Positions 45,794 through 54,969 of a DNA stretch of 64,000 nt are shown piece by piece (within the stretch, counting starts at the first letter, position 1; the number at the start of each line of letters is the position of its first letter). The translations under genes and the position numbers were made by a program. Below the pieces are notes generated by a model. That model was given only the letters and a program-made list of their open reading frames with translations, had not been told where the DNA came from and did no database searches. The stretch covers positions 96,001-160,000 of the forward strand of contig CAVVHE010000009.1 in assembly GCA_963748015.1 (NCBI GenBank). Direction: 5' to 3'. The DNA is from Terriglobia bacterium (GTDB lineage Bacteria > Acidobacteriota > Polarisedimenticolia > Polarisedimenticolales > JAIQFR01).

Positions 45794-47788
45794 GTGAGCA
45801 CCTTCGGTTCTCGTCAGTCCGCGTACTACGCGGCGCCCATCGGGGAGTTCGTCGCGGCGGATACGGCCGCGATCCTGGGTCGGCTCGTCGAAGCGACCGC
45901 CCACGATCTCGAAGCGGAGCAGAAAGGCGCCTGGGAGGACGAGATCCGGATCCTCCGGAGCGCGCTGGCCGGGCTTCCCGGCTCGATCCATCTCGAGTTC
46001 GATGTGCCGCGGCTGGGGAGCCGCATCGACGCGGTCGTCGTCTCGGGTCCCGCGATCTTCCCGCTCGAGTTCAAGTGCGGCGAGCGCGCCTATCAGCGCG
46101 CGCACCTCGAGCAGGTGTGGGACTACGCGCTCGACCTGAAGAACTTCCACCGGGCCAGCCACCACGCGCCGATCTTTCCCGTCCTGATCGCGACCGACGC
46201 CCCGCCGGGCGACGGGACGTGGGGGCCGCCGCACGCGGACGGCGTCCGGCCGCCGCTCCGGTGCAACGCCGCGTCCCTCCGAGACGCGCTGACGCAAGGC
46301 CTCTCGCTCGCGAGCGGCTCGGGCGCCGAGATCGACGGCGCGACGTGGGGCGCAGCGCCGTACCATCCGACGCCGACCATCATCGAGGCCGCGCGAGAGC
46401 TCTACGCGAGGCACTCCGTGGAGGCGATCTCCCGGAACGACGCCGGGGCGAAGAACCTCAGCGTGACGTCCGCAGGCGTCGAGGACATCATCGAGCGATC
46501 CCGCGCCGAGGGTCGGAAGTCCATCGTCTTCGTCACCGGGGTGCCCGGCGCGGGCAAGACGCTCGTCGGGCTGAACGTCGCCACGCGGCGTCGCGAGCTC
46601 GGCGAAGCCCGCGCGGTCTTCCTCTCGGGGAACGGCCCGCTCGTGGCTGTTCTTCAGGAGGCGCTGACGCGCGACGAGTACGTTCGCACGGGACGCAAGG
46701 AGCGCAAGGGCGCGATCCGCCAGAAGGTGAAGCCGTTCATCCAGAACGTGCATCACTTCCGGGACGACGGGGTGCGCCGTCCGGACGCGCCGCCGTTCGA
46801 CCACGTCGTGATCTTCGATGAGGCGCAGCGCGCGTGGAATCGCGAGAAGACGTCCGATTTCATGAAGCGCCGCAAGAAGATCCGCGACTTCGATCGGTCC
46901 GAGCCAGAGTTCCTGATCTCCTACCTCGACCGGCACGAGAGGTGGGCGGTCGTCATCTGCCTCGTCGGCGGAGGGCAGGAGATTCACACCGGCGAGGCGG
47001 GCATCGGCGCGTGGCTCGACGCCGTGCGCGCTTCGTTCCCGCATTGGGGCGTCTGGGTGTCGCCGGACCTGACCGACTCGGAGTACGCGGCCGGCCACGC
47101 GCTGGACGCCTTCGCCGGCGACGAGAGCATCGTTCTCCACCGCGACCCGCGTTTGCACCTCGCCTCGTCCATGCGCTCCTTCCGGTCGGAGAAGGTCTCC
47201 GCGTTCGTGAAGGCGCTTCTCGACTGCGACGTCGACAACGCCCGTGCGCTGCTGGCCGACGTCGCGCGCCGCTACCCGATCGCCGTGACGCGCGACCTTG
47301 CGCGCGCGAAGCGTTGGATTCGAGAGCACGCGCGAGGCTCCGAGCGCTACGGCCTCGTCGCGTCTTCGCAGGCGCAGCGCCTGAAGCCCCACGCGATCGA
47401 CGTCCGCGTCAACGTGGATCCTGTTCACTGGTTCCTCGACGACCGTCACGACACGCGTTCGAGCTACTACCTCGAGGACGCCGCGACCGAATTCCAGGTG
47501 CAGGGGCTCGAGCTCGACTGGATCGGCGTGACGTGGGACGCCGACCTCCGGCTCGAGGCGCCCCGCGCATGGCGGCATCACTCTTTTCGAGGGGATGCCT
47601 GGCAGCAGATCCGGAAGGCGGAGCGAAAGCAGTACCTGCTCAACGCGTACCGGGTCCTGCTCACCCGAGCGCGGCAGGGCATGATCCTCTTCGTGCCGGC
47701 GGGCGACGAGACCGATCCGACGCGACTCCCCGAGTTCTACGACCCCACCTTCGAGTACCTGCGGGGATTGGGCATGGAAACGATCTGA
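45794..47788 (+). CDS. DUF2075 family P-loop NTPase/helicase-like protein with N-terminal nuclease-like segment
   Basis: RIDAVV..LEFK (PD-(D/E)xK-like), GVPGAGKT, FDEAQRAW, QGLELD, NAYRVLLTRARQG. Confidence 0.85.
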   Translation: MSTFGSRQSAYYAAPIGEFVAADTAAILGRLVEATAHDLEAEQKGAWEDEIRILRSALAGLPGSIHLEFDVPRLGSRIDAVVVSGPAIFPLEFKCGERAYQRAHLEQVWDYALDLKNFHRASHHAPIFPVLIATDAPPGDGTWGPPHADGVRPPLRCNAASLRDALTQGLSLASGSGAEIDGATWGAAPYHPTPTIIEAARELYARHSVEAISRNDAGAKNLSVTSAGVEDIIERSRAEGRKSIVFVTGVPGAGKTLVGLNVATRRRELGEARAVFLSGNGPLVAVLQEALTRDEYVRTGRKERKGAIRQKVKPFIQNVHHFRDDGVRRPDAPPFDHVVIFDEAQRAWNREKTSDFMKRRKKIRDFDRSEPEFLISYLDRHERWAVVICLVGGGQEIHTGEAGIGAWLDAVRASFPHWGVWVSPDLTDSEYAAGHALDAFAGDESIVLHRDPRLHLASSMRSFRSEKVSAFVKALLDCDVDNARALLADVARRYPIAVTRDLARAKRWIREHARGSERYGLVASSQAQRLKPHAIDVRVNVDPVHWFLDDRHDTRSSYYLEDAATEFQVQGLELDWIGVTWDADLRLEAPRAWRHHSFRGDAWQQIRKAERKQYLLNAYRVLLTRARQGMILFVPAGDETDPTRLPEFYDPTFEYLRGLGMETI

Positions 47789-47952
47789 GGGCCGACCGGC
47801 GGCTTCCGCGCGTCGAGCTTCCCTTCCTCCCGTGTGACGCTCGTGCTCGATCTACTCATCGCGCGACGCGAACGTCCCGAAGTCCTGCAACTCGACCTCC
47901 GGATCCCGCGCCGCCGCGTTCGACAAGCCGCGGCATCCCCGACAGACGAACT

Positions 47953-47983
47953 TGAAATGTGAGCGATAATCGCTCAGATTTCA
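47953..47983. promoter_or_regulatory. 31-bp near-perfect palindrome upstream of AAA ATPase (putative operator)
   Basis: TGAAAT-G-TGAGCGAT-A-ATCGCTCA-G-ATTTCA. Confidence 0.65.
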
Positions 47984-47987
47984 TGGT

Positions 47988-49160
47988 ATGATCTCCCTCG
48001 TGATCGAGCGCGGAGAACACCTTCAGCGACTTCGCAGCCTGACCCGGCAATTCCCGGTCGTCGGGATCCTGGGCGCGCGCCAGGTGGGCAAGACGACCCT
48101 CGCCCGGCAGCTCGTCGAGTCGCATCGCGGGCCCGTGACCTACTTCGACCTGGAAAGCGCCGAGGACCTGGCGCGGATCGCGGATCCGATGCTCGCCCTC
48201 CGGCCGCTCACGGGACTGATCGTGCTGGACGAGGTGCAGAGACGTCCCGATCTCTTCACGCAGCTGCGCGTTCTCGTGGACGAGCCGAGGACCCACCGCA
48301 AGTTTCTGGTGCTCGGGAGCGCGTCGCCCGATCTGCTGCGACAGACCTCGGAGACCCTCGCTGGACGGATCGCGTACCACGAGCTGGGCGGCTTCGCTCT
48401 CGAGGAAGTCGGCTCACGGCAGTGGTCCAAGCTGTGGCGTCGAGGCGGGTTCCCGCGGTCGTTCCTGGCGCGGTCCGAGTCCGAGAGCCTGGAGTGGCGC
48501 AAGGCCATGATCCGGACATTTCTCGAGCGTGACATCCCGGCGTTGGGCCTGCGGCTTCCCGCGGTCACGCTCCGCAGGTTCTGGATGATGCTCGCCCACT
48601 ACCACGCACAGGTGTGGAACGCTTCCGAGTTCGCCCGCTCGTTCGGGGTCGCCCACACGACGGTGCAACGCTACCTCGATCTGCTCGGCGCGACCTTCAT
48701 GGTCCGGCAGTTACCCGCCTGGCACGAGAACATCGGCAAGCGGCAGGTCAAGGCACCGAAGGTCTACCTCAGAGACAGCGGATTGCTTCACGCTCTTCTC
48801 GATCTCGGCAGCGGCGATGCCGTCGAGTCGCACCCGAAGGTCGGCGCCTCGTGGGAGGGTTTCGCACTCGATGCGGTCGTGACGCGACTCGGGGCCCAAC
48901 CGGAGGAGTGCCATTTCTGGGCGGCCCATTCCGGCGCCGAGCTCGATCTGCTCATCGTTCGGGGCAACGCGCGGCTCGGATTCGAGTTCAAGAGGACCAC
49001 GGCGCCGGCGACCACGCGCTCGATGCATGTCGCCCTCGAGGACCTCCGACTGTCGCGGATCGACGTCGTCCATGCCGGATCGCGTTCCTTCCCGATGCAC
49101 CCGAAGATCCGTGCGATCGCGCTGAGCCGGCTGCTCGAGGACTTAGAGCCGCTGAGGTAG
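47988..49160 (+). CDS. AAA_14 ATPase with DUF4143 C-terminal domain
   Basis: GARQVGKTTL, LDEVQ, LGSAS, ETLAGR, RGGFP, KAPKVYLRDSG, ELDL..GFEFK. Confidence 0.92.
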   Translation: MISLVIERGEHLQRLRSLTRQFPVVGILGARQVGKTTLARQLVESHRGPVTYFDLESAEDLARIADPMLALRPLTGLIVLDEVQRRPDLFTQLRVLVDEPRTHRKFLVLGSASPDLLRQTSETLAGRIAYHELGGFALEEVGSRQWSKLWRRGGFPRSFLARSESESLEWRKAMIRTFLERDIPALGLRLPAVTLRRFWMMLAHYHAQVWNASEFARSFGVAHTTVQRYLDLLGATFMVRQLPAWHENIGKRQVKAPKVYLRDSGLLHALLDLGSGDAVESHPKVGASWEGFALDAVVTRLGAQPEECHFWAAHSGAELDLLIVRGNARLGFEFKRTTAPATTRSMHVALEDLRLSRIDVVHAGSRSFPMHPKIRAIALSRLLEDLEPLR

Positions 49161-49179
49161 CAGACGGTCGGCGCCGACC

Positions 49180-49418
49180 GAACTCTACGCAAAGTCTACG
49201 CAACAGCATGGAAACGGTGGACACCGGTGGAAGCGGTGGACAAGAAAACGGGCGCCGTTTCCGAAAAAGCTTGAAACGGCGCCCTCGAAATTTTCCCTCA
49301 TGATCCGCTGGTCCCAGGTTAGCTCGCTTCGCTCGCTGACCGGAGGGGAGGCTGGTTTCCCTTGAGGCGTTCGCCTTCGGCGAACGCTCTTGCCGGTTCG
49401 AGTCCTGGTGGGGGCATT
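49180..49418 (+). repeat. att-like junction copy 2 (arm + tRNA 3' half interrupted in the T-loop)
   Basis: Near-identical to copy 1; 78-nt insert at 49321-49398. Confidence 0.92.
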
Positions 49419-49719
49419 GCTCGCAATTCTCAGTGCGTGCGGCACTTAGCGACGAACGCATCGGCCTCGTTCGAGGCAGACCAGCGGATTTTCGGTCCGC
49501 TGGTCGCGGCGTCTACACTGGCGCAACTCACGGAGCAACGGCCACTTCGACTGCTGACGCATCGTGGCGCGCGATGCGTGGAGTTTGCGTAGAGTCGGAA
49601 GGATACGGTCCTGCCGAAGTCGGCGACCGGCCTTTCGGACTTCCTCGGCGAGACGCTGGAGGGCTCAGAGATTGGCCCGTCCCTGCGCGGGGCACACTCC
49701 CGGATTCGGCAGTCGGACC

Positions 49720-51411
49720 TCACTTCGGTGCGGCCTGCGTTCTCACGCACAAGCACGACGACCCGATCGGCTTGTCGGCGCGTGCCCAGGCCTGGTCGAA
49801 GCGCGTCTGCACCTGCGCCGCCTCGTCCCTCTTCTGCTGCGCCGCGAGCGCCTTCGCCAGGCCCGACAGCGACCAGCCGTTCTCGGGATAGCGAACGAGG
49901 TCCGCGCGATAGACTGCCTCGGCCGCTTCAGGGCGCTTCGCCTCGAGAAGCACCGCGCCGAGCGCGTGGCGCGAGGGCGTCGTCCAGGGCGGCGGGTCGT
50001 CGAACTTCAACCCGTCCTCGAGTTTCACCGCCTCGCCGAGCAGCCGAGCGGCCTCGTCGAGCTTCCCGCGGCGATATGCGATCTCGCCATCGAGATACGG
50101 CACCGCGGGAGCCATCACGGTGCTCGCGAAGTTCGAGCCGAAGTACGCGTCCTTCGGGATCTTCGGCAGCGCGTCGTGGAAGGCCGCGCGCTCCTTGGCC
50201 GCGTCGTCGAGCCGGTCCATCGCGGCGAACGCGATGCCGCGCGCGAAGTGCGAGAACGCGGTCGCAATCGGGAACTCCGGCAGCGGTAGCGGCGTGTCGA
50301 CGATCTCCTGCCAGCGGCCGAAGCGCTTGCGCGCCTCGAGTCCGACGGTGAGGAACGCGTCCATGAACAGCGGGTTCTCGCGCACCTTCTCCGGTGGCAT
50401 GCTGGCGAGGATCTCGTCCATGCGCGCGATCGCTTCCTTCTCGCGCCCCTGCATCATCGCGGTGTAGCCGAGGAAGTGGACGTTGTGCGCCATGTACAGC
50501 GCGTAGAAGCCGATCTTCGGCTTGCGCGCAAGGTAGCGCTGGTCGGCCGCGATCGCGCGCTCGTTCGTCTCGGCCGCAGCGGTCCAGCGGCCGAGCCGCG
50601 CGTCGATGTGCGCCGGCATGTGGATCATGTGGCTCGCGTCGGGGACGAGCGTGCGCAGGCGATCTGCTGCCTCGGCCGCGCGCTGCGGCTGGTGAGACGC
50701 CTCGAACGCGTGGATCCAGAGGTGCAGCGCACCGGGATGGTCGGGCCGCAACCGCAGCGCATCGGAAAGCGCGGCGATCACATCCTCGGTCCCGTCCTTC
50801 GGATGGCCCTGCGCGTCCCACTGGTCCCACGGGTGCAGGTCCAGCATCGCCTCGGCGTGTAGTGTCGCGACGTCCGCGTCGTTCGGAAAGCGCTTGTGGA
50901 CGTCTCCCATCGCTCGCGCGTACGCGACGTCGAGCGGAGCGCGGTCGGCCGGCTGCGGCATCGCGTAACGCGCGCCGAGGGCATCGATCAACGCACGCTC
51001 GACTTCGCTCGCGCCCTTCGCGTGTTCGCGCGCCTTCTCGAGCGCCTCCCACGCAGTCTTCGCGTGCGCCTCGTCGACGAACGGGTTGTTGAAATGGGGC
51101 CCGTTGACCAGCGCGATCCCCCAGTACGCCATCGCGAGGTTCGGGTCGAGTCGCGCCGCCTCTTCGAAAGCACGCTGTGCCTCATCGTGGTTGAAGGCAA
51201 AGGCCCAGATGAGCCCCTGGTCGAACGCGCGCTGCGCCTCGGGCGACGACGTCGACACAGGGCGGTGATGCGTGCCGAGATCGAACGGCTTCCAGGTCGT
51301 CGCCGACGCGGACGCAGCCGGTGCGGCGCTCGCAGCTGGCGGTCCGTCGGAATGTCCGCAGGCGGCAGACAGGACGCACGACATGAGCAGCACGAGCAGG
51401 CGAACGCGCAT
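49720..51411 (-). CDS. TPR-repeat lipoprotein
   Basis: Lipobox-like LSAAC; FDQGL..AFNHDEA..AMAYWG, HPGALHLWIH, HMIHMPAH, PENGWSL. Confidence 0.85.
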   Translation of the reverse strand: MRVRLLVLLMSCVLSAACGHSDGPPAASAAPAASASATTWKPFDLGTHHRPVSTSSPEAQRAFDQGLIWAFAFNHDEAQRAFEEAARLDPNLAMAYWGIALVNGPHFNNPFVDEAHAKTAWEALEKAREHAKGASEVERALIDALGARYAMPQPADRAPLDVAYARAMGDVHKRFPNDADVATLHAEAMLDLHPWDQWDAQGHPKDGTEDVIAALSDALRLRPDHPGALHLWIHAFEASHQPQRAAEAADRLRTLVPDASHMIHMPAHIDARLGRWTAAAETNERAIAADQRYLARKPKIGFYALYMAHNVHFLGYTAMMQGREKEAIARMDEILASMPPEKVRENPLFMDAFLTVGLEARKRFGRWQEIVDTPLPLPEFPIATAFSHFARGIAFAAMDRLDDAAKERAAFHDALPKIPKDAYFGSNFASTVMAPAVPYLDGEIAYRRGKLDEAARLLGEAVKLEDGLKFDDPPPWTTPSRHALGAVLLEAKRPEAAEAVYRADLVRYPENGWSLSGLAKALAAQQKRDEAAQVQTRFDQAWARADKPIGSSCLCVRTQAAPK

Positions 51412-51639
51412 CACGCACCTCCGACGGGTAGCCGCCGTAAGAAGAGCCTCGGCTCCCACCCCCGAGTACTTCCGGACCCGCGAGGGTCCTGTACGGCGCA
51501 TTGGGTGACGTTCCTCGGGCCCCGAACCCAGCCGCCCCCCCCGGCGAGCATACCCCCTGGAATCGCCTTCAGCGAACACGGACAGCCGAGCGGGCGCGCC
51601 AGCACCCACCCGGAACGCACGGCGCGTGAGTTCCGTCCA

Positions 51640-51712
51640 CGAGGAGGTCCTCGAAGAGCTTGCATGTAGACGACGGTGCGCTCGGGTGGGCGGGGCCGGT
51701 AGACGCCCGGGA
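51640..51712 (-). pseudogene. Possible remnant of IS91-like transposase N-terminus
   Basis: GVYRPRPPERTVVY then, after a 4-nt shift, KLFEDLL; resembles from memory the YRPRxPExTxLY start of IS91-like transposases. Confidence 0.4.
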
Positions 51713-51824
51713 CTCGTCGAGGGGCATGCCTCCGGAACCGGAGGAGGCGAGGTGGAACGCGAATCGTAGGTCGCGATGCAGGCATGCTCGCGAGGACGAG
51801 GCGCCGGGGTCGCGGTGTGGCACC

Positions 51825-52066
51825 GAGCTCTACGCAAAGTCTGCGCACCAGCATGGAAACGGTGCACACTGGTGGAAGCTGCGGACAAGAAAACGGGCGC
51901 CGTTTCCGAGAAAGCTCGAATCGGCGCCCTCGAAAAGTCCCCCTATGATCCGCTGGTCCCAGGTTACTCGCCCTTCGGGCTCGTGACCGGAGAGGAGGCT
52001 GGCTTCTATTGAGGCGTTCGCCTCCGGCGAACGCTCTCGCCGGTTCGAGTCCTGGTGGAGGCATTC
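51825..52066 (+). repeat. att-like junction copy 3 (most diverged; T-loop insertion)
   Basis: GCTCTACGCAAAGTCTGCGCAC...; tRNA fragment with several mismatches; 80-nt insert at 51966-52045. Confidence 0.9.
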
Positions 52067-52114
52067 AGCTCTACGGGTCCGAAATCAACCGTAAGTGATG
52101 ACGATCCAGGCCTC

Positions 52115-53203
52115 CTATGCCGCTTCTTCGGCGTCCGTCTCGGTCTCCTCCGGGTCTTCCCCGGGCCGTTCCCCATCGAGCAGATACGCCGCCATCGCGT
52201 CCTCCCACCGCAGGCGCAGGTCGTGCTCGAGGCCGCGGGCGACGGCGGTGAAGGCCTGGACGACCTCGAAGCGGGACACGCCGAAGAGGGAGGAGCCGCG
52301 GAGCAGCTCGGCGGCGACCCAGCGCGCGGGCTCGCTTCTCGGGTTGCCGAGCCGGTGCTGGCGGAAGAGCGAGCGGATCTCTCGGCCGGGGTCCTTCACG
52401 TAGTCGCTCCGCGAGGACCGGAGGCGGTCGGCGAGATCGCGGCCTCGCGACACCGAGGTCTCGAGCGTCATCTGGAGCGCCTCGCGGAAGCGCAAGCGGT
52501 CGAACGACGAGCCCTGCCCGACGAAGAGCTTCCTCGACGCGGTCATGATGGTCAGACCGTTGGAACAGACCTTTCGAAAGACGACGGCGCGCACCTGGAG
52601 CGGGTACCGCCCCGTCTCGCTGCTGCGGATGTCGAGCCCCGGCATCCCCTCGTCGGGGCGGGCCGCGTCGCCCAGCTCCAGCGCGACGTCGCGCAGGAGC
52701 ACGCGCAGGTGGAACACGTCCTCGCTCACGGCGACGTGCGACGCGCTCACCGTCTCGGGCACGACCGATGCGACGTCGTCGAACACCTCGAGGTCGTGAA
52801 CGACCGGCGCCGTGCAGGGGAGGATCGCACGGATCCGGGGCGGGGAGCCGTCCCGCACGCGAAACAGGAAAGAGCCGTCTCCCGCGACGCACCGCGCCGC
52901 GACGAGCCCGCGCAGCACGGCGATCCCGAGGGCCAGGGGCAGGCGCTCCAGGAACGGCATCGGAACTCCCGCGAAGGCCGCGAGCTGGCCGAGCGCGTGG
53001 GGCGTGAACCCCAGCTCGCGCCCGGATCCCGAGTCCGCGTGCCGCAGCCTGTAGCGGTCGTGGACCGGCGCCAGAGAATCTCCCGCCGCGAGCCTCGCCC
53101 GCGACAGGGGGCCGTAGAACATGCCGTGTCCGTGTCGCTCCGTTTCGAGCGCGCGGCGGACGTGGCGGAGCCGCATCGGGGTCAGCGAACGCCTTCTTGC
53201 CAT
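52115..53203 (-). CDS. DUF932-like protein
   Basis: FTPHALGQLA..GVP..F..RLP, RAIL, IRSSETG..VFRKVCSNG; ATG 53203 with GGAGG. Confidence 0.7.
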   Translation of the reverse strand: MARRRSLTPMRLRHVRRALETERHGHGMFYGPLSRARLAAGDSLAPVHDRYRLRHADSGSGRELGFTPHALGQLAAFAGVPMPFLERLPLALGIAVLRGLVAARCVAGDGSFLFRVRDGSPPRIRAILPCTAPVVHDLEVFDDVASVVPETVSASHVAVSEDVFHLRVLLRDVALELGDAARPDEGMPGLDIRSSETGRYPLQVRAVVFRKVCSNGLTIMTASRKLFVGQGSSFDRLRFREALQMTLETSVSRGRDLADRLRSSRSDYVKDPGREIRSLFRQHRLGNPRSEPARWVAAELLRGSSLFGVSRFEVVQAFTAVARGLEHDLRLRWEDAMAAYLLDGERPGEDPEETETDAEEAA

Positions 53204-54768
53204 GAGACCTCCCCTCCGAGCGTGCAGACCGGCTGCACGCATTCCTTGCAGTAACGCTCCGGGACGACGTCCTTCCTGAGGCACGAAGCCGCGCCGTGGA
53301 TCGAGCCGTCGTCGTCCACGAGCACGAAGAGGCGGCTGTCGGGAACGTGCGACCACTCGGGCTCGATCGGCTCGGGATCGGGCGCCGGCGCCGCCTCGCC
53401 GATCGAGCGCGGCACGTCGAACCCCTCCTCGCGCAGGACGCGCATCCGCTGCAGGCTGTGGGCGCGCAGCACGCGCGCGTCGTCGTCGTCGAGGAAGTCC
53501 ACGTAGAGGCAGCGGCGCTTCCCCGGCGCCAAGCGCATGCCGCGCCCGATGGACTGGATGACCCTGGCCCGCGACTTGAGGCCCCCGGCCTGGATCAGCG
53601 CGTGGATCCCCTCGATCGAGATCCCCTCGTGGAACAGGCCGGCCGTCGCGACGAGGCAGCGGGTCGAGCCCGAAGCGAAAGCGTCGACGGTCTCCCGGAG
53701 CTGCTTGCGGGAAAGGTCGCCGTCGGCCATGGCCGCGCCCTCGCCGAGCAGGGCGCGCAGCTTCCTGCCGTGCTCCTTCCGGTCCACCAGGACGAGGACC
53801 GACTCGCCGAGTGCCAGCCGCTCGCGCGCGATCCCGGCCGCGAGCGCATTCCTCTCGTCGTTCGCCACCAGGAACTCCTCGTAGAGCCGCCACACCGGCT
53901 TCTCGCGCATCGCGCCCGAGATGCGGCAGTGCACCGTGCGGACCTCGACCGGGCAGGCGTAACCGCGATCCACGAGGTAGGCGGCGGAATAGCTGCCGCC
54001 GGTCAACGTGCCGCCGGTGAGGGCGTCGAGCACGGCCTGGTCGCCTCCCTGGCGGAACGGGACGGCGGAGAGGAAGTAGTTGTAGCGGGCCCGCACGCGG
54101 CGCACGAGACGGGCGTACGTCGTCGCGGCGGCATGGTGCCCCTCGTCGAACACCAGCACGCCGTCCGCCCACCGCGACACGTCCTCTCCCGGCCGCGCGA
54201 GCACCTGGGCCAGGGCGACGGTGAACGCGCACGGCTCGCGCGACCCGTTGCCGATGACGCCGGGCTCGACGCCGAACAGCGTGCGGACCTGCCGGCGCGC
54301 CTGCTCGAGCAGCGTGCGGGTCGTCACGAGCCACAGCGTCGGGAGGCCGAGCCGCTCCGCGATCGCCGCGGCGAGAAGCGTCTTGCCGCCGCCCGTCCCG
54401 ATGTCGATGACCCCCGCGCCGCGGTCGAGGGCGCGCTCGACCACCTCGAGCTGGTAATCGCGCAGCTCGGGGCCCTGCAGCAGCCAGTGGATCCTGCGCC
54501 GGGGCGACGAGCGAAGGTCGCAGACCCGGTAGCGCACCCCCTCCGCGCGCAGGATCCTCTTCACGCGGGGGAGGCACCCCGTGAGGAACGTCCCGCCCGA
54601 CGGCTCGAACACGAGGGCGTGGTCGCCGGGTACACCCGCGGTCGAGCCGGGGCCGCGGTTGAGGTGGGAGTTCAGCTCGCGGTCGAGCCGCTGGACCGGG
54701 GCGGGACCGCAGATCCGCGACTCGACGTTTCCGACCAAGATGTCGATCCGGGCGTTCGTGAAGGCCAT
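53182..54768 (-). CDS. Superfamily 2 DExH helicase (UvsW/XPB-like)
   Basis: LRDYQ, GTGGGKT, DEGHH, LSAVP, QSIGRGMR; Cys cluster near C-terminus. Confidence 0.9.
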   Translation of the reverse strand: MAFTNARIDILVGNVESRICGPAPVQRLDRELNSHLNRGPGSTAGVPGDHALVFEPSGGTFLTGCLPRVKRILRAEGVRYRVCDLRSSPRRRIHWLLQGPELRDYQLEVVERALDRGAGVIDIGTGGGKTLLAAAIAERLGLPTLWLVTTRTLLEQARRQVRTLFGVEPGVIGNGSREPCAFTVALAQVLARPGEDVSRWADGVLVFDEGHHAAATTYARLVRRVRARYNYFLSAVPFRQGGDQAVLDALTGGTLTGGSYSAAYLVDRGYACPVEVRTVHCRISGAMREKPVWRLYEEFLVANDERNALAAGIARERLALGESVLVLVDRKEHGRKLRALLGEGAAMADGDLSRKQLRETVDAFASGSTRCLVATAGLFHEGISIEGIHALIQAGGLKSRARVIQSIGRGMRLAPGKRRCLYVDFLDDDDARVLRAHSLQRMRVLREEGFDVPRSIGEAAPAPDPEPIEPEWSHVPDSRLFVLVDDDGSIHGAASCLRKDVVPERYCKECVQPVCTLGGEVSWQEGVR

Positions 54769-54969
54769 GGATTTCCCCTCAAGTCGTTGAAAGAAAATAG
54801 GTTGCCCTGGCCGTCGCCGGCTCCGTCGCTCCGTGCTGTTTTGGATATCGAACGAAGTTTTACAAACAAAACCCATCCCGTCAAGAGGGAAAATTTGGTA
54901 AAGTGAATGCAGATCGTTTAGCGCATCGAACGGGCGGCGGGGAGCGGCGGGCGCGGGCGGAGGACGATC

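Larger units (their letters stand above)
42000..52066. mobile_element. tRNA-anchored tandem array of small integrated cassettes (no integrase recognised)
   Basis: tRNA 3' half recurs at 42041, 45558, 49297 and ~51942; the last three are each preceded by the same ~115-bp sequence. Confidence 0.85.

Noticed and set aside
45558..52062. Additional functional tRNA genes at the junctions
   Set aside because: They lack the 5' half (acceptor 5' strand and D-arm)
42082..52066. Classical integron or prophage
   Set aside because: No IntI or other recombinase, no attC pattern, no phage structural genes; junctions are tRNA-derived
54840..54870. LexA/SOS box upstream of the helicase
   Set aside because: CGAACGAAGTTTT does not fit known box spacing convincingly
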